Positions 1 through 16,846 of a stretch of 54,242 nt of DNA are shown here, in pieces (positions within the stretch are counted from its first letter, which is position 1; each line of letters starts with the position of its first letter). The notes under the pieces are model-generated. The model was not told the origin of the DNA, did not search any database, and was given only the letters and a program-made list of their open reading frames with translations. The stretch spans positions 1 through 54,242 of the forward strand of contig DF237542.1 of NCBI GenBank assembly GCA_000708835.1, written 5' to 3'. The DNA comes from Klebsormidium nitens. Its lineage: Eukaryota > Plantae > Klebsormidiophyceae. A program made the translations under genes and the position numbers.

Positions 1-420
1 TCGCGCCTCTGCGCCTCTAAGAATGTAGTTAACTTCCGTGCCGTTAATTTGGGGAAAAGGGTCGTTTTGAAGCGGTACGGTCTTCGGTTTTACCCCGGCC
101 CCCGGGACCTCCGGCGTAGTAACTGTCGAGGAATGAATCCGTACGGTCGAAGATTATGTGATTGAATACGACCTCTTTACGAGTTATTCCAGGAATCGGC
201 CGACCCGACTCTGAACCGTCCATGAAACTAAGGCTCCCGAGCACTTTTTCACCCGGGGAAAGCGGCCACGAGCGCATGTGAGGGTGACCGGTCGACATTC
301 TTGGATTCCGACGGCAATACGGTTGATTATGTACCCAGCTTTGCAAGGTGCGAAAAATCACTGGATTGTCGGAATCGTAACGTTCCGGTACAGTGTTTGT
401 TTGTAGGTAACGTACGTACG

Positions 421-947
421 GAAGGGTCATTTTGAAGCTGTACCCCCCTTCGTACTACGTAGGTAATTGTTGAGCTAGCCCTTTTCGATTGAGGCTGTCC
501 CCCCCTCTTCCTAACTTGCCTTGCTGGCTCAAGTCCCAAGTACCCCCCCCATGCCCTCTAAGCCTTGTCGAGGGTTTCAAGTTGGCTTCAAAATTACGAA
601 TAATTTCGTTGACCAAGAGTATCTACGAGACTTTTGCTCCTATCAATTCCTACAGCAAGCTAGTTGCAAGGGCTTTTGACAAGTTGGTAGGGAATCCGCT
701 TAAGAAAACGGAATAAATCCTGCCAAAAAAGGCTCCATCTGGGCTCCAACTCATGCAGGGATTTACTTCTCTGGCCTTTGTGTTTCAAAGTCTGCAAAAG
801 CTCCTGAGTCCTCCCCCATGTAGCTCTGAGGATCTTCACAGGCTGCTAAGTCCCCCCCACTTCATGACGCTGGAAACCAATCTTGGTCCAAGGTCCCCCC
901 CCCTCAACAGTTACTACGCGCGGGGTACCACTTCAAAATGACCCTTC
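421..947. mobile_element. Non-autonomous TIR element (MITE-like), ~527 bp
   Basis: Left end gaagggtcattttgaagctgtacccc (421-446) matches the reverse complement of the right end, gaagggtcattttgaagtggtacccc (922-947), at 24/26. Similarity continues inward (cgtaggtaattgttgag vs cgtagtaactgttgag). No TSD identified and no transposase ORF. Confidence 0.6.
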
Positions 948-2499
948 ACTATTACGGTAGTCCTAGTTGCGCGCGACGCAAGTGAGCTAATTTCTAGTGA
1001 GCTTCTGCCAAGCTGCAGCTGGCATACAGTATCTATTACATAATCCAAGTAGATAGCTGAGTCTGACTTGGTGGGCTGTATAATGCAGATCCTGGCCGGC
1101 GGACGCCATTAGCATGAAAAGGCTAAGAGGCTTCACAGGCAGCTTGGATGGGCCTAGGAGGAAATATCGCCAGCTGCGGCTGGTGGGAATTGCTAACAAG
1201 CTTGCAGCTGTGTCAAAGCAGATTGATATATACACAGGTCGCTGCCACGCTTCAGCTGAATCCTTGACCAACTTCGGGCCAACATTACCGCGGCCCTTCT
1301 CCCCTCCGACTGAAGATTGCAGAGCGGCCTGAGTGTTCCATCATTCCATCACGTCATCGGCGACAGAGAGGTGACAGATAAAGATCTGGCGTTCGCTCGA
1401 CGCAATCATCTCCCACCTGTCGATTGCTTGGAGCTTGCAGACACGGTTGGATAAACGGGACTGCCAACAGAACACACGAAAACATGGTAAATTTGTCATC
1501 CCTTTGCATGATTCTCCTTCAGATGTTATAAGCCTCATTCTCCAAATTCCAGCTAGCTATATCTTCTGGCCAGCTACGATGTATGAAACATTGTCAACAA
1601 GTGATTGCTTGCTGACTGCCCTCGAGAACCGTGTGACAGCGGGGCTGGTGCAGGGAGAGTCAAACATGGCAATTAGCTAGGAAGATTGTACACTTCTTTG
1701 AGCAAATAGAACACAGGAATTATGGAGATGCTGAGCTGCTTCTTTGGTCTGAAAGACACGAAAGCCCTTGGATTCTGCATGAGCCTGGCTTAGCTGTTAA
1801 GCATACAATGAGCAGCTCACTGTGCTGAGAACGGGCTTTCCTTTGCATCTTTAGACCCTACTGATTGACTGCTTGCTCCAAGCACATTCGCTTCCGGACG
1901 GCTGCAGAAAGTCAGAAGCGGAGCGAACGGAAGTTCTTCCTCCGCTAACGGTCCCTGTCTGAGTCAGAGGAGTGACCTTTTCAGACTGTGTCCCGAAAAG
2001 GACCCCAAATAACCTTGCCCCTTCGCTTTAGAAGATAGTTCGCACAAGTTGCGAGTGGCACCTCAGAAAGCTCCCTGTTTATTGAGGCCGTCTGGTCATT
2101 CGGCTTAAAAACGGACCGCCATGAAGTGCTATTTTTCCTCCTACTCAAAGCACTTGGAGGCCTGGTCTCTCCATGGCCGCTCAACTCATCCCATGTCCGG
2201 AAGTTTCATGTAGGACATTGATTCAAGGAAGCCTACATCACAACATGGTCATATTCCTCCCTTTCTTTTAGACAAGATCTGGCTTGGACAGACATCCAGA
2301 GCACTTCAGCCGATTCCAATAGACTTTTAGCTAGTATCCACAGAAATTCCTCTTTTTCATCGGGTCGACCACAACCCTCTGAAGTTCAACACGTTCCATA
2401 AAATCTTAAACCTTTCAGTGGAATCTTCTAGAAACCCCTTAAGTTTTATAGACCCTAAAGAAAGCCCTAAACCCTCCTGGAACTTCCTCCATGCTCAGG

Positions 2500-4790
2500 T
2501 GAATGCTGCATCCGTCCCTGAACGGGACCCCAAATACTACGCAATGCACCAGCACATAGAGCTCCGCGATAGCGGTCTATACGGGCTGGGTCTTTTTGCC
2601 ACGGCTGCAATCAAGGAAGGGGAGGTGATCTGGAACGACGACACATACAAGTGAGAAAACCTGTGTGGGCTTCGTGTGGTCTCTTCTTTCAGTTTCAGTG
2701 GCAGTAGATCTGTAAGGAATTTGCTGTTTTCGCACTCAAGCTGAGGCCTTATCCGGCGTTCTACAATGGATCGGTGTTGGACAATGACGAGGCAGATACC
2801 AAAAGCATAACCTGGTCTCTCGGGCCGTCTTAGACGCTCTGTATCCACATCGACACATGATCAGGAGGTGACTGCCAAGAGATGGGCCATGCAAGTGTGA
2901 TTGGGCGCAATTGTGCGCACAAGAGAACGATGCAATTTTCTCAAAACCTTGATAAAAGCTGCGTGGTTCAGGGCCCTCTAGAATCTGACTGCATTCAGTA
3001 GGTGACTGACTCAATAATGGGCCTGAACTTTTGACGCACTTTCCTCGGAGGCTTGCTCAGGCGGTATGCTCCCCTTGTGCAGAAAAGCTGTTGAGACCTT
3101 TTTGTTCCCTCGATGACCGCTAGTCGAGAGCGCTCAAAGCTTCCGTTCCTAGGATGCAGTGCGGACAAGTACCTGCATTCTTCTGCAGACATCAAGTCCT
3201 AGCCCTTGGAACGCCAGCAGATTTGTACACACAACAGACTCAAAGTTGGCCCCAAGTTTTGCACTCTCCTCTAGAAGCTTGCTCGTAGAGGGCTGATCGA
3301 TCAGTCCCGTTCTACGATGCAGCGCGGACAAGTACCTGCATACCGTCACGGAGATAAAGTCGTGGCCCCTTGACCGCCAGCGCGAGTTCATGCACTACTG
3401 TTACCAAGTCGAAGAGGTGACGTTTTCGGGGATGACGAGCTTGGAGATGGTCCAAAGCGAAGTGTCGAACTACATGAACCACAGCTGTGATCCGACCTAC
3501 TGGTAAGCGCCCAGATGTGGCAGACTGAGTGGACCGGTATTGTATCCGAAGCTTCGCTCGTTCGATTCGTTCTGTTCTGTTTCTACTTTTCTGGTTCCAG
3601 TACGGACAATATCGTAAATTCAGCTGTTGCGCACCTACTTCAATCCTCTTTTCTAGTTGCCACGTGGTCAAGTTTGCTGCTTGTGAATCGGAAAAGAGAG
3701 CTCACCCTGTGCGGTGCAGTCAAAGATGATTGCCTTGGTTGAAGGGTAAAGTGGGTGGAACTAGTACAAACTTCTACCAACGATGATATGTATCTTAGAG
3801 CAATCCATTCCGAAGCACATGAGGTTCTCGCGACGTTTCAAGAAAAACACTTGCAGTCGAACTCCGGAGAATCATCTATGATAACGGACCAGTCAATCGC
3901 GTCGAGAGAATGGCAGCAAACAACCAAGTTGCACCGTGCTTTGCTCCGCACTGCGAAGGGTGCACAAGCTTCTTGCTGTGATTCACCAAATCACACGAGC
4001 CATTCCCATCTCTTAGGTTTCTCACAGAGGACCCCGCTCGCATGCTCGCGCGGCGCAACATCAAGGCCGGAGAGCAGATCACGTACGACTACGCCACGTC
4101 CGAGACAACGGACTTCCGGTGAGAACCAGGGATCAACCGGGACATTTGATTTTCGATTCTGCGCTTGCTTAGAGGTGCTTGAATATACTCAAAGAGCGTC
4201 CTCGTGGGAATCGGACACCTGGCAACCTGGGTTCAAGCGCGAAACGGGTGCCTTTTGTCGGAAATGCTTCTTGTTCTGTAGCCAGCACTGGCAGTTTGCA
4301 AGGATGACTCTTTCTCAAGTTCCAAGGTTTCGGACTTTCAGAAACCACTTTGAGCAGGCCTTGGGATAAGCCGAGCTTTTCAAAACGCAGCAAAATTGCA
4401 AGTGAGTCCGATCCAGCCCGAATACGATCCCGTAAACGTTTCAGTGCAGGAGTCATTTTGATTGCCGCTAGCTATGCGGGCTCATCTTTTGCAGCGACCT
4501 CGAAGCGGGTAACGCCGCCTCAAAGCTGCCGCGACGATCTGCCCACACTGCGGCCATCTTTCACTTACCCAAAACAGCCTCATCGTCAAACCAAGCATAA
4601 ACTCATCTCCGTGCTTGTCTCTGCAGGCTGGAATTCGTGCCTCTGTGGCTCCGAAAACTGCCGTGGCAAGCTGTCGGGCAGCGATTATCAGCGGCCGGAC
4701 GTCCAGAAACGCTATCAGGGCCACTTCATGCCGCACGTCCAACGCCTTATAAAACGCGGCGCGGCCGCGGGGAAAGAAGACAAAGTTTGA
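2500..4790 (+). CDS. Small SET + post-SET domain protein (putative lysine methyltransferase). 5' end unresolved; last exon appears frameshifted
   Basis: Exons ~2500-2650 (IELRDSGLYGLGLFATAAIKEGEVIW), 3323-3502 (..VSNYMNHSCDPTYW), 4017-4118 (FLTEDPARMLARRNIKAGEQITYDYATSE) and 4627-4790 (CLCGSENCRG..RYQGHFMPHVQRLI). These give the SET motifs GxGLFA, NHSCDP and EITYDY plus the post-SET CxCGSxxCRG. Introns are GT-AG. Confidence 0.85.
3141..3235 (+). pseudogene. Decayed tandem duplicate of the 5' part of SET exon 2 (pseudo-exon)
   Basis: ttccgttcctaggatgcag|tgcggacaagtacctgcat resembles tcccgttctacgatgcag|cgcggacaagtacctgcat (3305 onward). It translates as ADKYLHSSADIKS*PLERQ versus ADKYLHTVTEIKSWPLDRQ, with TAG at 3200-3202 replacing TGG. 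Confidence 0.8.
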
Positions 4791-6023
4791 TATATACGTG
4801 TTCGGCCTTCGAACGTCGGATTATGGAAGTTTCAGACACGTCAGGCAACGTGAATACTTGGAGGAAGAACTGAGAGGTTTGCAATCGGTAGGACTTAATG
4901 CTAAATCTTCGAAGAAGCCGTCAAACTCTGTCATGAGACGATCGTGAGCCAGTTCCGGTCCTGTTCCGGTTCCTGTCAGCTCCATCGGACTGCACTGTCA
5001 AATGACCCTGACTACAGTAGATTCATCCAATATCAGAGCTCTTTGCAGAACTACAATCTGTAAGTGTGAACAGCCATCTTACAGATCGAATTGATTTGGC
5101 CGTATGCGGGGCTGTGCGCGCCTGGTATCTGTGGCTGATTCGACGTCAAAATCCTAGCTTTGGTCAACTGTTTTAGGATTTTAGGATGATAAGCTCCGAA
5201 TCAGGAACCAACTACGACTTTATGCAACGCGGCGTAGCTGGTGATTTGTCGAAGTTTTAAAACTCGAACATTAAGCTGTATCAGGTTTAAGATCTCCTGA
5301 ACATCAATTGATACTACAAGCGGTCGTAGGCTAGTCGATCTCGGTAGCTCTAGGGGCTCCGCCTTTTTAAAAGTATAGCTTCGCAGTCTGCAATGACATG
5401 CTTCGTCGTTCTTCGTCGGCTGGTCCCCTGCTGGAGTCTCACACGGATGCCGGGTTTGAATCTCAAAAGCGGGTTAGGGCTCATCACGCTGGGTTAAAGC
5501 TTTCCGTCGAAAAGGTTGAAGGCAAGCCGTGGGTTCTCCTTCGGAGAACCCAAAATATGCTTGTTTGACATAAGGAATTCACATGCATGCAGCCCTGTCG
5601 AGAGCTGTGCGAGGTCTAAGTCGGCTGGCCAGCCTGCCAACACTCTAGGTCCATGCTGAAATGTGCATGACTCGTCCCCAATCTTCTTTCCAACCAGACT
5701 CTGCAATTCTCACAACTACGCGGTCTTTTCTCAACCACAGCGCAAAGTTACAGTATCCCTAATTTGGTCTCCTGTCATTCTCATCATGTACACTTAGTTG
5801 ACAGCTTCATACAGATAAGCGGGTCCACAAGAAACCTCCACTTCGAGGCCCTCATCTTCTGAGTAGATTGTCCTCGTTCCGTCTAGCCATGGTCCACTTA
5901 ATCGCGAGCAGACATCTCTATAACAAAGACCTCCCACCTGCTTTCCGGTGTTTGAGGAATGAAAACCTGTCAACCAGAAAGTATTTCTGCTCTACTGGCT
6001 GTCCGAGAACGTCCGCCTGCGCC

Positions 6024-9000
6024 TTACAGCTCCTGCTTCACGGGCCCCGCCTGGCCGTCTTCGACGGGCTTGAAGTCCGCTTTCAGCTCGTACGATCCTT
6101 GGAACTCGCCCCGCTTATTGTACACAGCCACGTCGTTCAAAACCTCCTTCAAGAACGACTGCGAGGCACACAAAATGTGTTGAAGAATTCTCCGTCGTAT
6201 TGGTGCTGCTGCTGTTGCTGCTGTTGTTAGGGACCAGTTCAAGCCGACTTTGACAGACAGGGACCCTCGACATTCTCGCAGTCTAGGGGGAGGCCAGAAA
6301 CGTTTTTGGACGGCAAATGCTCCAGCAATGATCCACCGGGTCGACTACGTTTCTTCAGCAACGATGGCCCAATTCGGAGCCTCCCTCAGTGATCCTGGAC
6401 AGTCGCCCTTGTCGGGTCAGAACAGCGACCAATCGGCAACAAACTCCGTGCTCCACAAGTCGAGCTGAAGAGCCGCGGTCCACTCACGTGCGGTTGTCGC
6501 GTTTCCGCGACCAGGTCCTTGAGCGTCCACCGCTGCTTCCGCTCGAACAGCGAGAAGAGCAGGTCCCGCAGGTCGTCCGTGCTCAGGTCACGCGCCCTCC
6601 GCGTGTCCGACTTCTTCGCCCCGGGCGCGAGCGGCGCCAGCCCCTTGGCCCGCTCGTCGTTGATCGGGATGATCGTCGTGCCCGTTCGTCGATCCTCGTC
6701 CAAAACCTGCAGCCGCCCAAGGAGGTCGGACTTTACTCACCGTCGAACTTTGACTATGGTGAGCCGTTCAATGTCCAGAAATAACCTGGCGGAATTACTG
6801 CAAGAGTCCAGGATGAAGAAGCTACATATTGAGCAGGCCGGAAGAAGTGACAGCTAGTGAGCAATACTTGACCATCGACCAACACCCAAACCAGAGGAGC
6901 AGTCGCCGGAGATATGAAGGGACACCGATATTGAGAGGGTGACAACTTCGAAGAATTCAAGCTTCCAACTCTGCTCAAGCTGGCAAGCGCATGCTGTCGC
7001 TTTGCACGTGCAAACAGTGTCGTTCTTCATTGCCCGACACTTGAACCAACGTTCCCTTGTTACTTGGTGTGGAGGCTGAGCCCCAAAAAAAGGGGCTTGC
7101 CGCCATATTGAAAGATAAATCGACGGTTCCCCCATTTAAGAAATTCCCTTTTTAAGAAAGCCCTGCGTTCGAGGACAGAGAGATGAACAAAGAAGGCGGG
7201 AACAAGCGAGGAGGAAAGGCAGATCAGTGTTGAAGGGAACTAAGAAAGAAAGTGTAGACTTCAGAGAGAGGAGGCGCTTGCGGTACCTGGGAGTACCGAG
7301 TTTTGGAGGTGGCCTTGATGACCCTGTCTTGGAACAGCCGGTGGTACGCCGCGTCGACGCTGCGCGGCTGCATGTCGAACTTGGCCGTAATCCGGCCCTC
7401 CACCGCCACCTGCCCTGCATCACAAACACGTGTCGTTCTTCCGACGCTCACGGAACAAGCAGGCCTGCAGTCGCGCCACATCTAACCGCCTCGTGGGTCG
7501 CATCAGTCAAAGGAATACGCGGTACAAAAGAAAACATGCTCATATTTGCTACTCAGGCGAGTGGTGAGTGAGCCCAAGTAAATCACACCCAGCCGCTCAC
7601 GCAAGACTGGAAGTCCTGAGCCTGCTTCACAAGCCTCCAGAAGACATGGACAACAGCGGCACCCAATCCCGACGAGCTAAAGACTTTCCGAGGATTCGAC
7701 TATGCCGTGGAACCGGGCAGTCTGTTCAGACAAGCTGACGGCCATTCGAACTGCCGATGCATAATATTGCCATATTCGTATGCCCCGAGGGACACAAAGG
7801 GAGTTGTCATGAACCAGCGGGCACAAGTTGTAAAGACCACCACCAACCGTCCCATTGCATAGTAAGTTCCAAAACTGACGAAAGAAGCTGTACAATGTTC
7901 GATGGAGAACTGTTCAGCTTGAACGAGATTGGAGACCCTTGAATGTACCGAGCACAAATCTGGACCGCTTCAGAAGCGCGTGACGAACTCAAGCATTCAA
8001 AAAGTCAGAAGGCTGGAAAGGACCCCTTCACATTGCTCGGCCACGCCTGGCAGGAGAAAGATCAGAAGCAAAGAAAAAGTAAAAGCTAGGCCTCCAAGGA
8101 GCGGATACATGGCCAACACGACCTTGCCCTCAGAAGCTTTTGCTTGTGAGCCAGCCCTCCAGCAAAGAAGACAAAAGGCTGGCATCGATTGTCCTATTTC
8201 AATAAAAAACTGACAAGACATCTTTGAGACTCACCCTGTGTACTTTCGGAGAAAAGTTGCATGGGAGCGAATCCGGAGTGGATGTTGAGCTGGAACTCGC
8301 GCGGCATGGCGGCAGCTTCGTTCCCCGTCACATGGACAGTCATCTGAGAGCAGCGCAAAACACAAGACAAAGGTCTCTATTTGTCAGGCATACTTCGAGG
8401 AATGATTGCATTATTTGCATTGAATTGTCCATCACAGTGACCCACAAGTACTGTGATCAGTGTTGCCCCGCATGACAAGAAGCATTGGGGGTACTCGCAG
8501 ATGTGGCGTCGGGGGTGGGGTTCGGATTTCGGATCCGAGCAGGTTGCGGTTACTGCCACCAGGTATTTGGACCAACTGACGCTTGACTCTGACCGCACAC
8601 ATGTCTGACAGGGCCGCTCCAGGATGCTGGCAGAGCGAATTCAGTTGGGGCTGAAAGGGCCACCAAGAGATGTCTTCAGAGATTGTCATCTTGTGACTTG
8701 CTTGACCAAGTACAGCAGATGTGAGAGAAGAAGGCGGTGTTGGGGGTGGTGGCAGGCCCCCTTCTGCGCTCTGTAGTTGAGGCGCACGAGTGATCTTCCC
8801 AACTCGACCAACCACCGGAGGGCCTAATGCTCACAGTGCGCAAGGTCGCATCAATCACCGATAAGCGCTTATTGCCGGGCATACGTAACTTCTGTGAGGA
8901 AATTGCATGTTCAAAAGACAAGTAAGAGCAGGCGGTCACCTGCGGTGCCGCGGCCGGCGTCCCTGGCTCCGCCGTGGGGTCCACCACCATGCGCAGCCTG

Positions 9001-9137
9001 CCGACATCAGCAGCTCCGCTGGCGGGGCTCCTCCAAGCCTCTGAAACAAAGTGCGGCACTTTGGCAAGCCAGACCTCACGTCCAGCTCGTGAGAGCTCCA
9101 GCGGTTCCGCCTCAATCTCGGACAGCTTAGACGTCAT
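6024..9137 (-). CDS. GTF2F2: Transcription initiation factor IIF beta subunit (RAP30), 5 exons, ~262 aa
   Basis: Exons (minus) 9137-8940, 8343-8235, 7414-7287, 6706-6488, 6158-6024 are phase-consistent and total 789 nt. Motifs: VWLAKVP, PMQLFSE, VAVEGRITAKFDMQP, LFSLFERKQRWTLKDLVAETRQP, FLKEVLNDVAVYNKRG..YELK. Confidence 0.93.
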
Positions 9138-9619
9138 TGGGACGACAGCAATCTAGACAAAAACTTTGACTAATAGCCTTTGGTGTAATTGTTGTATCTT
9201 CTACCCGAGTGATGTGATGGCCAAGCGAACCTTAGCCCTGCCACACACCATGATTGCAGCACTACTAAGAATTACAATCTGCACGTCCTCTATGGGAATG
9301 CGCTCCTTGTGATACGACAAGTAGTGCCGCACTTGCTGACAGAAGAAACAGAAGTGCTGCAGAATTCACCTGTATGCAAGATGGAGAAGACGCCAAAGTT
9401 TCCAACACTAGTCTGAGAGTGTAGCAATGCAGAAGAAGGCGCAACGATCGCAAGGCCAGAAGCTGCTGCAATGACGCAAGAGGCACAAAGTTGCTGAATA
9501 AATTTTGGTAGAATCGGACGCGGTACTCGACGGTTCGGACGTGATTGGACACTCAAACCTGGTCGGGTAGTCTCAAAGCGCACTAAAATCCTAAGACCAA
9601 TGGCTCTGCCGTTAGTGGG

Positions 9620-9727
9620 AACCCTAATCGTAGCGCAGTCACAGAGAAGGAATGTAACCCTAACAAACCGTCACAGGGAAGGGGCGTAACCCTAACACAC
9701 TGTCACTGCTTTGTGACTTGACCCTAA
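9620..9727. promoter_or_regulatory. Cluster of telo-box-like (A/T)AACCCTAA motifs in the divergent TFIIF-beta/LysRS promoter
   Basis: AACCCTAA 9620-9627, GTAACCCTAAC 9654-9664 and 9686-9696, GACCCTAA 9720-9727. A site II-like TGGGCC lies at ~9877. Confidence 0.5.
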
Positions 9728-10232
9728 GGCTGGTACGAGTGCCCGGTTGAAGTCGTGGTAATAGGTCCGGTCCTCGTACAAATTCCTGGCGGTGGGTACC
9801 GTTTCGGTCGATCGACGGTCTCGATCGTCCGTCTCCAACTCTACCAAAATTTATTCGGGAACTTTGTCCGTTTTGCTGGGCCCATCTGAGGAAGAGAGCC
9901 GCGCCGGCCGCCGCCGCGGGGCCTGGAACCATATTCCGCAGGAGTGGTTCCGTTGAACGAATCCGCCGGAAATAGCCGGAAATGGCGGTCGCATTGTGCA
10001 ATGCAGTCTTTGGAACCAAGAAGCGGGTGGTTTGTTTTGCAAGTTTTGGTGCATTTGAAGACCACTTACAAGCTTCGGGTGTCACAATGTCAGTCGCGTA
10101 GAGTGGCCTCAAATTTGAGAATAAGCGCAAGTTGAAAGGTGAGTCTAGAGTCCAAGGCCTCTCCGCTGGTTTCTGCACCACTTCTCCACGGCGAAGCTGC
10201 TGTTGGCGGCAGGCCGCGCTGTGGCTGCGGGG

Positions 10233-15423
<5,191 letters not shown>

Positions 15424-16846
15424 ATGCGTCTGCACTGCTTCCTCAAGTTATGCGAGAATGTGATCGTGACAGGACTTACCTCTGTCGAAGCAAGCTGCTG
15501 CAACCTGCTATATGGTCTGGCACCAGATTCGTGCACGTGCATCTCTTGCCACAGATGTTCTGACGGCAGAGTCAGCCGGTCCACTCCATGACACACAGTA
15601 TACTATGCAATTGTAGCCTATGCAATGCAAGGATTGCTACGCACATACACTTCTTGGAAAGGAACGTGTTTGTCACACACGTGTGGCTCATATATTTCTC
15701 GTACACATCAAATACCAGCCCTAGGAAACCGCGCAACAGCCAGCCATGCCCATCCTTCAATAACAGATTAATTGCGATACAACCAAAGAATCAATCCTTT
15801 GTGTCGCGAGCAAGCTAAAAAGCACGTACGGCGAATCGTTTGTGTACGGGCATCAACAATATGCAGCATGTTTGATGATATGCGCGGATTATGTGCCGCC
15901 CGTCATGAGAGCCGCCCATGTTGAGCCGCTATCTCGAAGAACCATGGCGAAGGCTATTTTAATAGCTAAGCGTCATACGTGGGGCCATGAGGCCAAAGGC
16001 TAGCTAGCCAGACTCACTTGCGCGCCACTTGCCTCAAGGTATATGTATGTGGACCCCGATCGACTCGAAAACCTTGTCGATCGGACCATGACTCAGTGCG
16101 CGAGTGGCACGAAAATGCATGTATATGGAACGTAGCTAACATCATGCATGTGCAACATACTGCTGGGATGGACGGTGTAAGAGAATTTCCTTGTGTTTCC
16201 ACTAGTCTATCATGGTCAATCCCACGTCACTCATTCCAGATGGAGGATCGACTATCTAAGCTTCATGCTACACATCATGGATTCTTTAGAAACTTGTCAC
16301 AAAACGCCCTTGGGCGATGGAGTGTCGATTGCATGGCTACCAAAGCACATTTTTGTGTGCAAGATGCATGGGAATGTCAAACGAGGTCAGACATTCCCGG
16401 TTGTTCAATGGTTGTGTATACGAAGCGTCATTGAAATGTGCGGTAGCTGGCCCTGAGCCACATCCTACAGGTGGTCAACAAAAACTTGGGGCTGCCTTGC
16501 TCAAGGAAGCGTGGACGTCAAATAAATAAGCAACGGAGTGGGAATCCATCTAACTTCCACAACTTCTAGACAATGGTTAATTTGACCCTATCCCTGCTTA
16601 CGATGATCTTCTCTCAGAGTCGTTAGCAAGTTAGATCCCAGTAACCAACTCAAAATTGTGGCTCTTCCATCAAAATTGAAAAATTGTAATGCAAAGAATG
16701 AATGCTCCAGTCATCAGTAGTGTCCATATAACAGCTCAACGAGGCCCCAGGCCTTTCAACTCGCTCAACACTGTCTCTTCGACAAAAATGCCGCTTGCTA
16801 GGAGTCACACCCGCTCAACGCGACCGTGAAGGGCCTTTCTACGGCC

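Noticed and set aside
980-2200. Short ORFs upstream of the SET exons that might be additional 5' exons
   Set aside because: No recognisable motifs, and I could not establish a phase-consistent chain.
6202-6230. Imperfect (GCT/GTT)n run
   Set aside because: A short intronic microsatellite; unremarkable.
7415-8234. Hydrophobic minus-strand ORFs inside a TFIIF-beta intron (LLGGLAFTFSLLLIFLLPG; GGLYNLCPLVHDN)
   Set aside because: Short, no recognisable family, no coherent splice structure, and lacking the GC3 bias of the real exons.
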